A stretch of 64,000 nucleotides of DNA, taken from NCBI GenBank assembly GCA_026025075.1, contig JAPEUI010000053.1, positions 1 to 64,000 of the forward strand. Reading direction: 5' to 3'. The notes under the pieces were generated by a model, which saw nothing but the letters and a program-made list of their open reading frames with translations, did no database searches and was not told the origin of the DNA. This DNA is from Vezdaea acicularis. Taxonomy: Eukaryota. This document shows, one piece after another, positions 37,605 through 49,452 of this stretch. A program made the position numbers and the translations under genes. Within the stretch, counting starts at the first letter, position 1. Every line of letters starts with the position of its first letter.

Positions 37605-38631
37605 CTACAGCTTTTGCATGGCTGCGACATCGGTCGACTGGACGTGATCCTCGGCCTCCTCGATCTTGGCCTGTAGCTCGTCAAGTGATACCTTGTCGTC
37701 CTCTACGACCAGGTTTATCTGCAGCTTTTTGATGCCGAACCCGACTGCCACGAGTTTGCTCGCACCCCAGACCAGACCATCCATCTCGATGCCGCGGACA
37801 GCCGCCTCGAGCTCCTTCATGTCTGTCTCGTCATCTGACCGTACATTAGCGCATGGCTCTTATTTGGATTGGAGAAGATACACACCCCAGGGCTTCACGT
37901 CTAGGGTGACGATACTCTTCGCCGCCGGCTTAGTCTTGCCTTCCTTTTTCTTTTTGTACTCCGCCAGCCGCTCCTCTCTCAGCTTGACTGCTGCTGCATC
38001 TTCCTCCTCATCATCGCTGCCAAACAAGTCCACATCGTCGTCGTCTTCTTCGGCTGCGGCCGGTGCTTTGGCAGGGTTGAGTGTCAACTCGCTCTTCTCT
38101 GGTCCATAGGTCGTGTATGCTTTTGACGGGTCACCGGGGAGCGAGGAAAATTCGGACGTGTAACTACTGATGTGCTTGTACCAGCGGTAGACATGGGGGT
38201 ATTTGGCAGGTGTGGGGGAATCCTTGAAAGTTTTGTAGCACGCGACGTCTGCTTGGGATGGAGCATGGCTACTTCAAATCAGTACGTGCAGCCTAATAGA
38301 GTTGTATCTAGGTTCGATGAAAGAAGCATTATTTCTTCAGAATGCACAGTGTGCGTTTTGGTTGTAGTCATGCGGCGGGGTCTTAAGCCGCCTCATCAAC
38401 ACGGACCAAATATTTCTCTTCATTGAACCAGAAAGCCTCATTGGAAAGTGTGGTGAAGAGGAGATTAGAGTACATACCCAACGATGTAGCTTCGAGTTGT
38501 CAACCAACTGTTCAGTGCTAAGAAAAACTGTCAGAAGGCTTTGTGTGTAGAATGAAGTGTATTACAGTTTAGGATTGTGGAGAGGACTTACTGGCAAGAC
38601 CGGCATCAGACACAAAGTCAGTGAAACCCAT
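37605..38631 (-). CDS. EFB1: Translation elongation factor 1-beta, 4 exons
   Basis: [72 protein letters not shown]. Confidence 0.97.
38333..38428 (-). ncRNA. snR18: Box C/D snoRNA snR18/U18 in EFB1 intron 2
   Basis: Enlarged intron (~210 nt). C-like box AUGAAGA (38423-38417), guide UUGGUCCGUGUU (38409-38398) complementary to LSU rRNA AACACGGACCAA, D'-like AUGA, GC hairpin, D box CUGA (38340-38337). Yeast snR18 is also hosted by the EFB1 intron. Confidence 0.9.
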
Positions 38632-39014
38632 CCTGAAGCTCAATGAAACTAGTCTGCTGATATACTATGGAGTATGAATTTGGGAGCAGATTCAGGGAAA
38701 GTGGGGAAATTTGGCACGTCGAGACTATTTAAATCCCAGTCATTGTAAACACGAATTTTCGTATCAGTGTTAACACGTGATTAGTATCAAAATAGCGCTA
38801 GGCAAGGATTGTAGCATTAAGCCAATCAGCATTGATCTTAAAGATCGCATCTGGAATTCTTTCGGCTTCATTCTAGAATGCGCCAGTGCCATTCCCAGGA
38901 GTTCTATGAGATTCTGGGCTCTGACTCTGAGCTCAAATTATCCCGGACGTGTAAAAACCATCACCTTGTGTCCGATGTTCTCAGGCTGGCCTGATGTGAA
39001 AGCCGTCATCAGCA

Positions 39015-41366
39015 ATGTTAACGTCACGGTCAAGATTGGTTGCCTCACGGCACCTCCGAGCGGCCGCCCATCGCCCTGGCCCATTCGCTGCTGTTTCTAG
39101 ACTCTCTGCCAGACCAAAACTGGTCACAGCACAGCCTCTACTTCGAATATCTTTCTCCCGAAATTATACGAATGGCAGACCGCATCCACCCGGTGGAACA
39201 CATCGTATGAACCTTGGTGGCGAGCCCGAAAAGCCTGCATTGGAGCAGTATGGCGTCGACCTCACAGCTCGAGCTAAAGATGGGAAGCTAGATCCAGTAA
39301 TTGGGAGAGATGCCGAGATCCATCGTACTATTCAAATACTATCGAGGCGAACCAAGAATAACCCTGTCCTTATTGGTGCAGCCGGAACTGGCAAGACTGC
39401 TATCCTCGAGGGGCTTGCGCAACGGATCGTGAGGGGCGACGTTCCGGAGAGCATAAAGAATAAGCGTGTAATATCTTTGGATCTTGGGCAGCTCATTGCT
39501 GGCGCGAAGTTCAGGGGAGATTTTGAGGAACGGTTGAAGGCTGTCCTCAAAGAGGTAGAAGATGCACGAGGCGGAGTCATCTTATTCGTCGATGAGCTTC
39601 ATACCCTCCTAGGCCTTGGAAAGGCTGAGGGAAGTATCGATGCAAGCAACTTGCTAAAGCCCGCTCTTTCTCGAGGCGAACTTCAATGCTGTGGAGCGAC
39701 AACGTTGAACGAGTATAGACAAATTGAGAAAGATGTTGCACTAGCCAGGCGTTTCCAACCCATCCAAGTCGGCGAACCTTCAGTACAAGACACGGTCTCA
39801 ATTCTGAGGGGTATCAAGGAGAGATATGAAGTACACCATGGAGTGCGGATTACGGATGGTGCGCTTGTTGCGGCGGCTACATACTCAAACCGCTATATTA
39901 CGGACCGATACCTGCCCGACAAAGCTATTGATCTTGTCGATGAAGCAGCAAGTGCTCTGAGGCTTCAACAAGAGAGCAAGCCAGACGCTATACAACAGCT
40001 TGATCGCCAGATAATGACCATCCAGATCGAGCTTGAGAGTCTTCGAAAGGAAACCGACGTCACTAGCATTGAGCGGAAAGAGAAGTTGGAACAACATCTG
40101 AAGCAAAAGCAAGCCGAAGCAGAAGAGCTAACGCTAAAGTGGGAGGAAGAAAGGGCAGAGATTGACGCCATCAAAACGACTAAGAAGAATCTTGAAAAGG
40201 CAAGGCTGGAGCTCGACCAAGCGCAACGCGAAGGAAATTTTGCCAAAGCTAGTGAACTGAGATATGCTGTCATACCGAAGCTTGAGGACAAGCTTCCCAA
40301 GGAAGGGGAGAATGCGCCCGGTGCATCAGGCGCTCTACTGCACGATTCGGTCACGGCCGACGACATTGCCTCCGTTGTCTCGCGCTCGACTGGCATCCCT
40401 ATTACAAAACTCATGGCTGGCGAAGTGGAGAAGTTGATACATATGGAGGAAACTCTTCGACAATCAGTCCGTGGCCAGGACGAGGCTCTCACAGCTGTTG
40501 CTAATGCTGTCCGCATGCAAAGAGCAGGATTGAGCGGAGAAAACCGTCCACTTGCAAGTTTCATGCTATTAGGCCCAACTGGGGTAGGAAAGACAGAACT
40601 CTGCAAGAAGATGGCAAGCTTTCTATTCTCGACAGAGTCAGCCGTGCTCAGGTTTGATATGAGCGAGTTCCAAGAGAAGCATACAGTTTCGCGACTTATT
40701 GGCAGTCCAGCCGGCTATGTTGGCTACGAGGATGCGGGCCAGCTCACCGAAGCTGTGAGAAGAAAGCCATACGCGGTCTTGCTCTTTGACGAGTTTGAGA
40801 AGGCTCATCGCGACATTTCCGCTCTCCTCCTCCAGGTTCTTGACGAAGGCTTCTTGACAGATTCACATGGAAACAAAGTTGACTTCAGAAATACAATAAT
40901 TGTGCTGACCTCTAATCTGGGTGCTGAGATTTTAGTCAACGAGAACGCACTCGCCGAGGAGATTGGCGGAAGCGAAAAAATCCCTGAGTCTACCAGAAAA
41001 GCTATTATGGATGTTGTTGGCTCTTGTTATCCTCCAGAGTTCTTGAATCGAATTGACGAGTTCATCATATTCCAGCGTCTCTCGAAATCGGCGCTTCGAG
41101 ACATCGTCGATATTAGGCTGAAAGAATTACAGCAGCGTCTCGATGATAGACGAATCAGACTTGAAGTCGATCAAGAGGTCAAAGGATGGCTTTGTGAGAA
41201 AGGCTATGATCCTCGATACGGCGCTCGCCCGCTTAATCGGTTGATAGCGAAGGAGGTTGGGAACAGGCTTGCCGACAAGATCATAAGAGGTGAACTAAAA
41301 GGTGGGGCTAGCGCGAAGATATCGATTGTTCAAGACAAGATTAGCGTTAGCAGCAACGCGTTGTAA
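39015..41366 (+). CDS. HSP78: Mitochondrial ClpB-type disaggregase Hsp78 (intronless)
   Basis: Arg-rich mitochondrial presequence, no ClpB N-domain. [48 protein letters not shown]. Confidence 0.96.
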   Translation: MLTSRSRLVASRHLRAAAHRPGPFAAVSRLSARPKLVTAQPLLRISFSRNYTNGRPHPPGGTHRMNLGGEPEKPALEQYGVDLTARAKDGKLDPVIGRDAEIHRTIQILSRRTKNNPVLIGAAGTGKTAILEGLAQRIVRGDVPESIKNKRVISLDLGQLIAGAKFRGDFEERLKAVLKEVEDARGGVILFVDELHTLLGLGKAEGSIDASNLLKPALSRGELQCCGATTLNEYRQIEKDVALARRFQPIQVGEPSVQDTVSILRGIKERYEVHHGVRITDGALVAAATYSNRYITDRYLPDKAIDLVDEAASALRLQQESKPDAIQQLDRQIMTIQIELESLRKETDVTSIERKEKLEQHLKQKQAEAEELTLKWEEERAEIDAIKTTKKNLEKARLELDQAQREGNFAKASELRYAVIPKLEDKLPKEGENAPGASGALLHDSVTADDIASVVSRSTGIPITKLMAGEVEKLIHMEETLRQSVRGQDEALTAVANAVRMQRAGLSGENRPLASFMLLGPTGVGKTELCKKMASFLFSTESAVLRFDMSEFQEKHTVSRLIGSPAGYVGYEDAGQLTEAVRRKPYAVLLFDEFEKAHRDISALLLQVLDEGFLTDSHGNKVDFRNTIIVLTSNLGAEILVNENALAEEIGGSEKIPESTRKAIMDVVGSCYPPEFLNRIDEFIIFQRLSKSALRDIVDIRLKELQQRLDDRRIRLEVDQEVKGWLCEKGYDPRYGARPLNRLIAKEVGNRLADKIIRGELKGGASAKISIVQDKISVSSNAL

Positions 41367-41441
41367 GAATACCATGTACGTTGGGATGATTAAAATGGGC
41401 GCATTTGCATAGGTATTGGTTATAGCATCGTAGGTGTTCTA

Positions 41442-41679
41442 CAGTGGGGGGTCGTAAGTGTTGTACATTTACGAGACCGCTAATATATGGTATGACTCCC
41501 GGGAATCAAGAACTGCCTGCACTCCATGAGGCATTTATTCAATTGATATATTGAAGACCTCCCCAGGTAATCTGTGAGCTAGGTTTCTTCCGAATGGATT
41601 CGTTAATCGCTGTGCTTTGGGCATGATTAATGGGGGAGGCACAATTTCGCGAATGTACAACACTTACGACCCCTCACTG
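41442..41679. mobile_element. Tc1/mariner (impala/mimp-like) MITE, 238 bp
   Basis: 28-bp TIRs CAGTGGGGGGTCGTAAGTGTTGTACATT (41442-41469) and AATGTACAACACTTACGACCCCTCACTG (41652-41679), 27/28 match. Flanked by TA on both sides. No ORF. Confidence 0.92.
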
Positions 41680-42022
41680 TATACTCATCAGGGTCGTTTG
41701 AGCGGTGAGATTTGTATATTTCCGCTTCTCCACTCATGATACCCGTGTACTCTATGTTAATGTATTTCAAAGCAAATATGCGATTCTAAGAGACAGGCCA
41801 GTCTGAATTTCTTCTCCCTAAATTACTGGTGATCCGTGTACTCCTGAAATGTGACGACATAACCCTTGGCAAAGACCGGCAAAAAAATTCATCCAGTTTG
41901 GGTGGCATTTCTTCTGTTCCTTCGACCAGATTTTGGACTCACGTCATAACTTCAACGCACTTTCGGTATTATACCTTCGATATTTGTTAAAATTGACGTC
42001 GAGTAGAATCTCTATATCCGCC

Positions 42023-45000
42023 ATGCCTCGGCCCTGGAGCAGGGTGCCTGCTGCACCAACCATTATTTCATCATCCCCTACTCCAAGGGGGCGGCCGCAA
42101 AACGATGCAGAAAATCAGGATGAGCTCGACGAGGTTATCATGGCCATCGATGTCAAGAGCAGAGGCGCAGTTGGCTGCAGCTATTATGTTGCTCGAGAGG
42201 AAAAGCTCTATGTCATGGAAGATGTCAAGCTTGGAGGTCTTGAGGTTATTGATACTTGTATAACCCTCTCCTCTCGAGTATCTGACGGGGTTCTGACACA
42301 TGTCAAGTGAAAATACACGTGGAACCTACTGTGATCATTGTGTCTACGAGGGTTGACGAGGATATCGATGAGTATCTTGACCCTGGGAGGAAAGTGCGGG
42401 AGACTTCCACCGATGAAAGTGTGTGCCCTTTCTAATTTTGCTCTCAGATGAACAGCTAACAGGGAGCGCTAAAGACGACCCGTTTCGCCTCCCATATATA
42501 CTCGAAGTCCGCCCATCTCCGGAGTTCAATTATGAAGCTGCAAAACAAAAGCTCCTCAACCTTGATATTCGGTCCCAGCGCGGCCCGGAAATTCTGTTTA
42601 TAACTCCCGGGGACGATGCCATTGATGGTTATGATGACTCCACAGGTGGTGCTAGGCCTGGGCGTCGAGGAAGACTGCTGAGTTTGTCGAGCTGGATTGA
42701 CATAGATAGCCGCATCACAGTGAGAAGCAAAACAGAATATTAGGCTACGATTACTAAGAAGCATTAGGTTGGTTGCGCTGGGGCAGTCCTGACCTACCTG
42801 CAACGAAGGAAGGCCGCAGGCTTTCTGCCAGGGGATGAAGCCGCAAACGAGGCGTTCAGAATTGCAACGATTGAGATGTTTAGTCTCAAGGGTTTCATGT
42901 GAGGCGAATGTATCTTGTGGTTCTAGGACTATTACTAAAAGTGTGGAGGTTTGTAAATGCCGATACACTGTCATCATTGCAAGTGATAGAATCCGAATCT
43001 CATCCCAATTCGCACAACCAAGGCCCTGCAACTTCGGGCTCGAAGGAAGGACTGTCTGTATATGGCCTCTTCCACCATCTAGCACGCACGCCGCAAGGAA
43101 AACAGCGCCTTAGAAAGATGTTTCTTCGTCCAAGCATAAAAATGAGCGTCATCTCCGAGCGCCTTGACGCCGTCAGTATCCTCCTAAGGCCCGATAACGC
43201 TGCGCCACTTGACCTACTGGTGAAGCATCTAAAAAGAGTTAAGAATATTCGAACGGTGATGGTTCAGCTCAGGAAAGGCATTACAAGCTCTGGTGGGAGT
43301 GGAGTAGGGGTCAACCAAGGAGTATGGTATAACATTCAGGCGGTATGAGTTACACTTTGGCCATCGTATACAGCTCACTGATGTTCAAAATGCAGTTTGC
43401 GTTCTCTGCAATTAAGCTAGTTTCAACTTTGAGCGAGCTAAGAGGAGCAGGAACGCTTCTAGTAAGGACAAAGGTCAGCATTACCGAGATCGCTATGAAT
43501 GTAGTGCCCAATAATGAGGTATAGATCTTCGAGAAGTTCGACCAAAGAACACTAAACCATATAGGTACAGTAATCAACGAAACAGTATGCTTAAATGCTC
43601 CAGGAGTCCTTGTTAGTTTCTTACCACTCGAACTAATCGTTAGGTTGACTTTCCGGCCTCTGCTGAGGAGCACAGAGTGATCGTCAAACCTGGAGTAGAT
43701 GAGGAGCTTGATGCCACGAAACATCAGTATAATGGCCTGGGTAGTCTCTTGTCAGGCGTTGTGAAACGCGTCGCAGAGGACATGCCAGGAGGGATAACAG
43801 GCCTCAATGTTATTTACTTTCCTCAGCTTGGCTTCCTCGTACTCGTTCCAAGAGACCCTGTATCAGGGAAAGGCGTCTATGAAGGTCCTATTGATGATGA
43901 AAACAAATGGGACTATATGTTCAATACAGCAGAGAGTGTCTTTTACAAGTCAGGAATGATGCGGAGACTGGACGAGGAATTTGGAGACATCTTCGGGCTG
44001 ATTTGTGGTATTTCACTTTCGATACACCTTTGCTTCAGGAGCTGATCGGCCCAGATCGGGAGATTGAGATCCTTCTAAAGATTGCCCAGGGTATCCTGGA
44101 GTACGAGGAGCTTCTTAATACCTGCTCAGACCTGTGTGGCGAGCTTGATAGGTACATGATTCTCTGTACAAACCCCCAAGCTATGACTTACATGGCGTGA
44201 CGATAGTCTACTCGCGCTCGCTCAAGGCGCCAAGGCTTACGGCCTGACCAGACCTCGAGTGAGTAGGGATAATATAATCCAAATCATGGGGGGCCGGTAA
44301 GTAGGCGGTCGTCGCATGAAATTCTACACCATCTTATTTTTCAGTCATCCGCTCCAGGCACTTACAGTCCCGTCATATGTCGCTAATGATTGCTACCTTG
44401 TTGGCGGAGATGGCGGTGGAGATGATGTGGGGATGCCTGAACCTCAATATAAGTCACCAGGGACGAGCGCCGTTGCACCGAGTTCAACTTGGGCCCCTGA
44501 GAGTCCGAGCATGCTCATCATGACCGGCCCTAATTACTCGGGCAAGAGTGTATATCTAAAACAGGTGATAAAAGCTTCAAATCACGCTAAGAATCCACGA
44601 CTGATGACACTTAGAATGCTCTAGTAGTGTACATGGCCCATGTTGGCTGGTAAGTTTAGCCTTTATCCCAGGAAACCCCTTGTTTACCGAGCACACTGAC
44701 GCTCCATAAGCTTCGTAGCCGCCGATAGTGCTCATGTCGGGCTCACGGATAAGATCCTCACCCGAATAGCCACCCGAGAGTCGGTCTCTAAAGTGCAAAG
44801 CTCCTTCATGATAGACCTTCAACAAATCGCGCTTGCGATCAACATCGCCACTGTCCGGAGTCTAGTCCTGATAGATGAGTTCGGCAAGGGGACTGATTCC
44901 TGCGATGGAGCCGGTCTTGCCTGTGGCGTTTTCGAGTACTTTCTCAGCTTAGGAGACAAACGTCCGAAGGTCCTTGGCGCCACTCACTTCCACGAAATAT

Positions 45001-45453
45001 TTGAGAACGGGTTCCTCCAGCCCCGGCCGCACCTGTCATTCGGGCATATGGAGATCCGGATCGACAAGGAGGCGGAAGGGGTTGAGAATCAGATTACTTA
45101 TCTATACAATTTTCGGGATGGTCGTAGCATTTCTAGCTTTGGGACCGCTTGCGCGGCTATGAATGGGATAGATAAAGTTATAGTGGAACGAGCTAACGAC
45201 TTGATCCTGTTATCTGCAAAGGGAGAGGATCTCGTCGCGATTTGTGCGCAGGTTACTGACGGTGAGGTAGAGGACCTTGAGAACGCAGTCAGTAGACAGA
45301 GTCAAAGGCAACAAGAGGGCTGGTCAATGCTAATCGGATCAATAGAGCAATATCGCGAGGCAATTTTTACAAGACATCCCAAATCCTGATGAAGGTGATG
45401 AGAGGGTCGGAGAGGTGAAGGACTGGCTCCAATCGATGTTGGCACCAGCTTAG
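42023..45453 (+). CDS. MSH5: Meiotic MutS homolog Msh5 (14 exons by manual splicing; start uncertain)
   Basis: [85 protein letters not shown]. The frame can be traced intact across 13 GT-AG introns. Confidence 0.92.
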
Positions 45454-45727
45454 GCTTCTTTCCATAGCTATCCACAACGGAGGTTCTAGATTGAGCGAAC
45501 GTGAGCCAGAGCAACCGGGGCTCTCCTAAAGGGAATACACATGATTCAGCACAAGGAATGCTTTTTCTCTAAACGACCGTCGGCAGCCATTGAGCCCAGC
45601 TCAAGCTCTGCCCATTCATGATGCTCAAACAAAATCCACCCATCATCGTCCTTATTCTAGCCAATGAACGCCCATGTCTATGCAGTCTCGTTTTCTTCGT
45701 TCTTACGGCGTCAACTCATCCTCATTC

Positions 45728-47453
45728 TCACAGTGTCAACTTATAGTCCCTCCTCAGCGCGTCCGGCAAGACGCCCACCGCAAGTGACGCTGCATTTCTC
45801 TCCCTCGCCTGAGCCGGAAAATCCTTTAGTGCCTTCCTTAGCGCTACCAGCGCTGCGCTACCATAGAACTCTAGGATCCGCTTCTCATAGCCCTCAATCA
45901 TAGCCTTCAGCACTTCATAGTGTGTCTTCTCCGCCCGTTCCGGGCCCAGGTTGACGATGCATGCTAGGCTCGCCCAATAGTGGCGGTTTGGGTACGGTGC
46001 CTTGAGGTTCTGGCTCTTGGAGAAGTTGCGCAGCGCGATAGCGGCGTAACCGGCTCCCAAACCAGTCATTCGTTCCGAGTGCCGCTGCTCGCTCACAAAG
46101 GGACCGAGTTTCGATTCGCGCCACCAGCCGAGTCGGTCTTTGCCTTGACTAGTATTCTCAAAGCCGTGGATGCCCCAGAGGACGGGGCAGACGACACGGA
46201 ACTTCGCGATCAGGATGTCGATAAGAGTATGCCCCTCCCACAGGTAGTCTGGGCTTGAGAAGATCTGTACGCAAACGATGCCGACGGGGTCAGCGGCTTT
46301 GGGCGTCACACCTGCTTCTGAGATAAATTGGTTGATGATAGCTTTAGCGAAGATGTTGAGGAGATAGAGAAACACGCTTGGGAGGGGAGTGGACTGTCCG
46401 TTTGCATTTTGCGTTGGCGGGAGAGTGGGGATATAGTTGCGTGGGTCGATCATGGGAGTCGACGTTGCGCCGACAGCTTTTTTGAAGATGGTGTTGATGA
46501 CGCTTACCTATATCAATTAGATTAGATTCTGCTTACTAACGCGCGGGGAGGGTCTGGAGGGATGAAAGTGAAGATGGCTGATGAGGATTTGTGCTTTCAG
46601 GAGTGCTGCTAAGTAGGAACCATGGTCTTACAGGGGCTTTGTTTGCGCCGCGCCCTTCCGTCAGTTGGCCGACGCTTTTGCGGATTTCTCGACGCATCTC
46701 GCCAAGTTGTTTCTTCAGGTTGGGCTCTTGTCTCGCAAGGCCGAGCATATCGTGCCGTAGTTGTTTTAGTCGGCGGTGCACTTCTACGTAATGTTGTTGC
46801 TTACCGTCAAATCCGTCAGTGATTGATGCTTCTTTCCCTACATTCGGTACTCGTTGAGTCGGGTTTGTCGGTGTTGCAGCGGCTGGTATCTGCGTATGTC
46901 TTTTTTGCTCTTCCCGTGCCCTTGCTGCCGCTGCCGCCGCCTCTTCTTGTTCTTTTTGCTTTTGAAGAGAATGCTGTTTGTGCCTTTCTGCTGCTGCTCG
47001 AGCAGCATCCTGCTGCTGTCGTTCAGTTTCCTCCCTTCGTTGCCGTGCGTCTGCTTCGGCCTTGACCCTTGCGTCTTCCTCTGCTTTCCTTCTCTCTGCC
47101 TCGACTCTTTGCGCTTCCGCAATCAATCTTCTCTTCTCAGCAACCTCTCGCTCCGCCTTTTCTCGTCGCGCTTGCTCGAGCTTGACACGCTCAGCTTCGG
47201 CATGTCGTGCCCTCTCATTCTCAATCTCTAACTCGACCGTCTCACGTATAATGTCAGCTCGTTGGCGTATCTGCTCATGACGTGCTGCTGCTGCTGCTAA
47301 GGCCTTTAAGTGAGCTGCCTCAGACTCGCGGGCTTTGTGTTCGAGTTGCAGATAAAAGTCATGGTCGACACTCCTGCGCAGACGCCCTTTGTCGATAAGG
47401 ATGGATAAGGTGGTATCGCGAGAGCCCAGCGACCTCCGAAAAGCTGGAGCCAT
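45728..47453 (-). CDS. GLE1: mRNA export factor Gle1-like (2 exons; intron ~46509-46632)
   Basis: E/R/A-rich coiled coil, then RKSVGQLT, YLLNIFAKAIINQFISEA, AKFRVVCPVLWG, GRLGW-like DRLGWWR, ERMTGLGAGYAAI (fungal GLE1 domain). Confidence 0.85.
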
Positions 47454-49452
47454 AGCTGCGGTTGATATATGAGAATGTAGATGTTAACGCTGAAGCCTCT
47501 TAGGAGACTACGATCCCTTCATTCAATTGTAGAAAGAACAAGGGGCAGTCTGACTACGTACGGAAGCTTTGAGCACGTTTGCCCTTCTTGATGAGCAGGG
47601 ATATGCGTACGAGCGAGTGATGAAAGCAAGACTGAGGCCTTTCGGTAGTTCAAATGTGCGCCCTAATAATATGGTACACCGTCGAACGAAAGATGATGCG
47701 TGGTTGATGAGGATGGACCGCGTTGCAGGTGGGGCGTCCTGAAGGTAGCTAAGAAGGTGGCTGGTCGCGGGAAGAGCCGCTCTCGCTTAAGAGGCTTGAA
47801 TTGTCCTTTAACACTCGAATGGCAGCATTGTCTCTCTCGATCTTCACAACTGGACAACGTCATCCCATGTGCTAGACATGGGTTTTGCAACGTTGAAGGC
47901 TGATGAAGTTTGCAGAGTACAATTCCGGGAGAGCGTTGCTTCTTTACAGATTTGTCCATAAGTTTTGGAGGTGGAGCAAGCGGGGTCACATATCAACCAA
48001 GGTTTTGGTGGGATTTTTGCAAATAGTCACTCATATTGACGACTTGGAGACATTACGTTACCCTTTGGTAGACCTGAATCATCTCCTTTCTGTGGCGAGG
48101 CCGGAAAACTGTTCAGGAGGTAGGGAGGATTGGCATCGACGGTGCACTGCGCGCATGGAGACGAGAGCTCTATCTGACAGCGTTTCTGAACATGCAGGGA
48201 CTCCACGCCCATGCTGCGGTTGCATTCCTGCAATGGCATGCATATGATAGTCTCTGACCGTCGCCTCCCACTGCCCACGAGACGGAGCATATCTGACGGA
48301 CCATTTCGTGCTCAACACCGTGAAGATGTCCTGCACGCTGGACGCTTCACCCATTTTCGTCTCGCATGTTTGACGAAGTTTGACAGCGGAAGAGGGCCAC
48401 CAAAGCCAGGCGCTAACACATCGCTCCAGCCAATCGAGTCCGGCGCACCGACAACATTCTGCCCTCTCCCCCGTTCTGTCGGAGCGGCCTCTGTTCGGTG
48501 CGTCCTTCTTACCCTCCCCACTCTCTGCTTCATCATCCTCGACCTTCAACCTTCCTTCTCTCCGCCGTCCTTTCTGCTCTCCTCTTCACCCTCATTTGAA
48601 CATCGTCGGCTCTGCCTGCTGTGCCGCAAAGTTCTCCTTCTTCCGCCGGCTCAGTCCCGTACTACCGCCCTCTCTCGCAACGGCAAGGCAGACGTCACAC
48701 CCACTCCTTGTAGCAACGCCTGCTCTTCCCGACTTACACAACGCTCGGTCCTTATCACCAAACACTCTTCATCCCTTCCTTCCTGGCCAACGAAGCTCAT
48801 AACGATCCTTCTCCGCATCGCAACGACAAGTGCTGCACACACAGTAGCTACGTTCTGAACCGACTCTCCTCACTATCGAGAGCAACAGGCGCGTCCGCCG
48901 AATCTACATCCGAGCTTCATCACCAGATCGACATTTTCTGGCCTCTTGGAGATTTGATTGACGAAGTCTCCGTTTCCCTCCTTAGCCACCGCCCTCACTC
49001 CAGGTGGCACGGCGCTCCCGTATTGGACCAAATAGAATTCCTTTCTCAGCATCCGTTCGATCCTGCTTCCATACAGCGAGGCTCCCTAGCTCGTCCTTGA
49101 CTGCCATTGGTGACAGATTGATTAACAGCGCCTTCCCCGTAGATTTGACGCACGTTGGCGTTCGAAGGCCAACTCTCGCTCTTCTACCTTCCAAATCGCC
49201 AGGCTCAGTCTGCTTAAAGACATTTCTCTTGCTCGGTGCTCAAGGTTCAGCAATCCCATCCCTTATGAGCTTTTTGGACGACTTGTACAATAAAAACGGT
49301 TAAATTACTGCGTCTTGTCCCACAACTTTTGTGGAAGTCATACCTGGCTCACCATCTCGTGCTTGTGGCCTGCCTTGATCTCCGTTCATCCAGTGGTTTC
49401 CAAAGGTCTCTGGTCTGCTCGTTGTACTAGTTCAGGATAAATTCAAAGCATT

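Noticed and set aside
47588..47636. TGATGA...TGATGA...CTGA resembling a C/D snoRNA upstream of GLE1
   Set aside because: Too short, no D' box, no recognisable rRNA guide or terminal stem.
47663..49303. Overlapping ORFs of up to 215 aa between GLE1 and SSD1
   Set aside because: No domain similarity; low-complexity CT-rich promoter/leader sequence.
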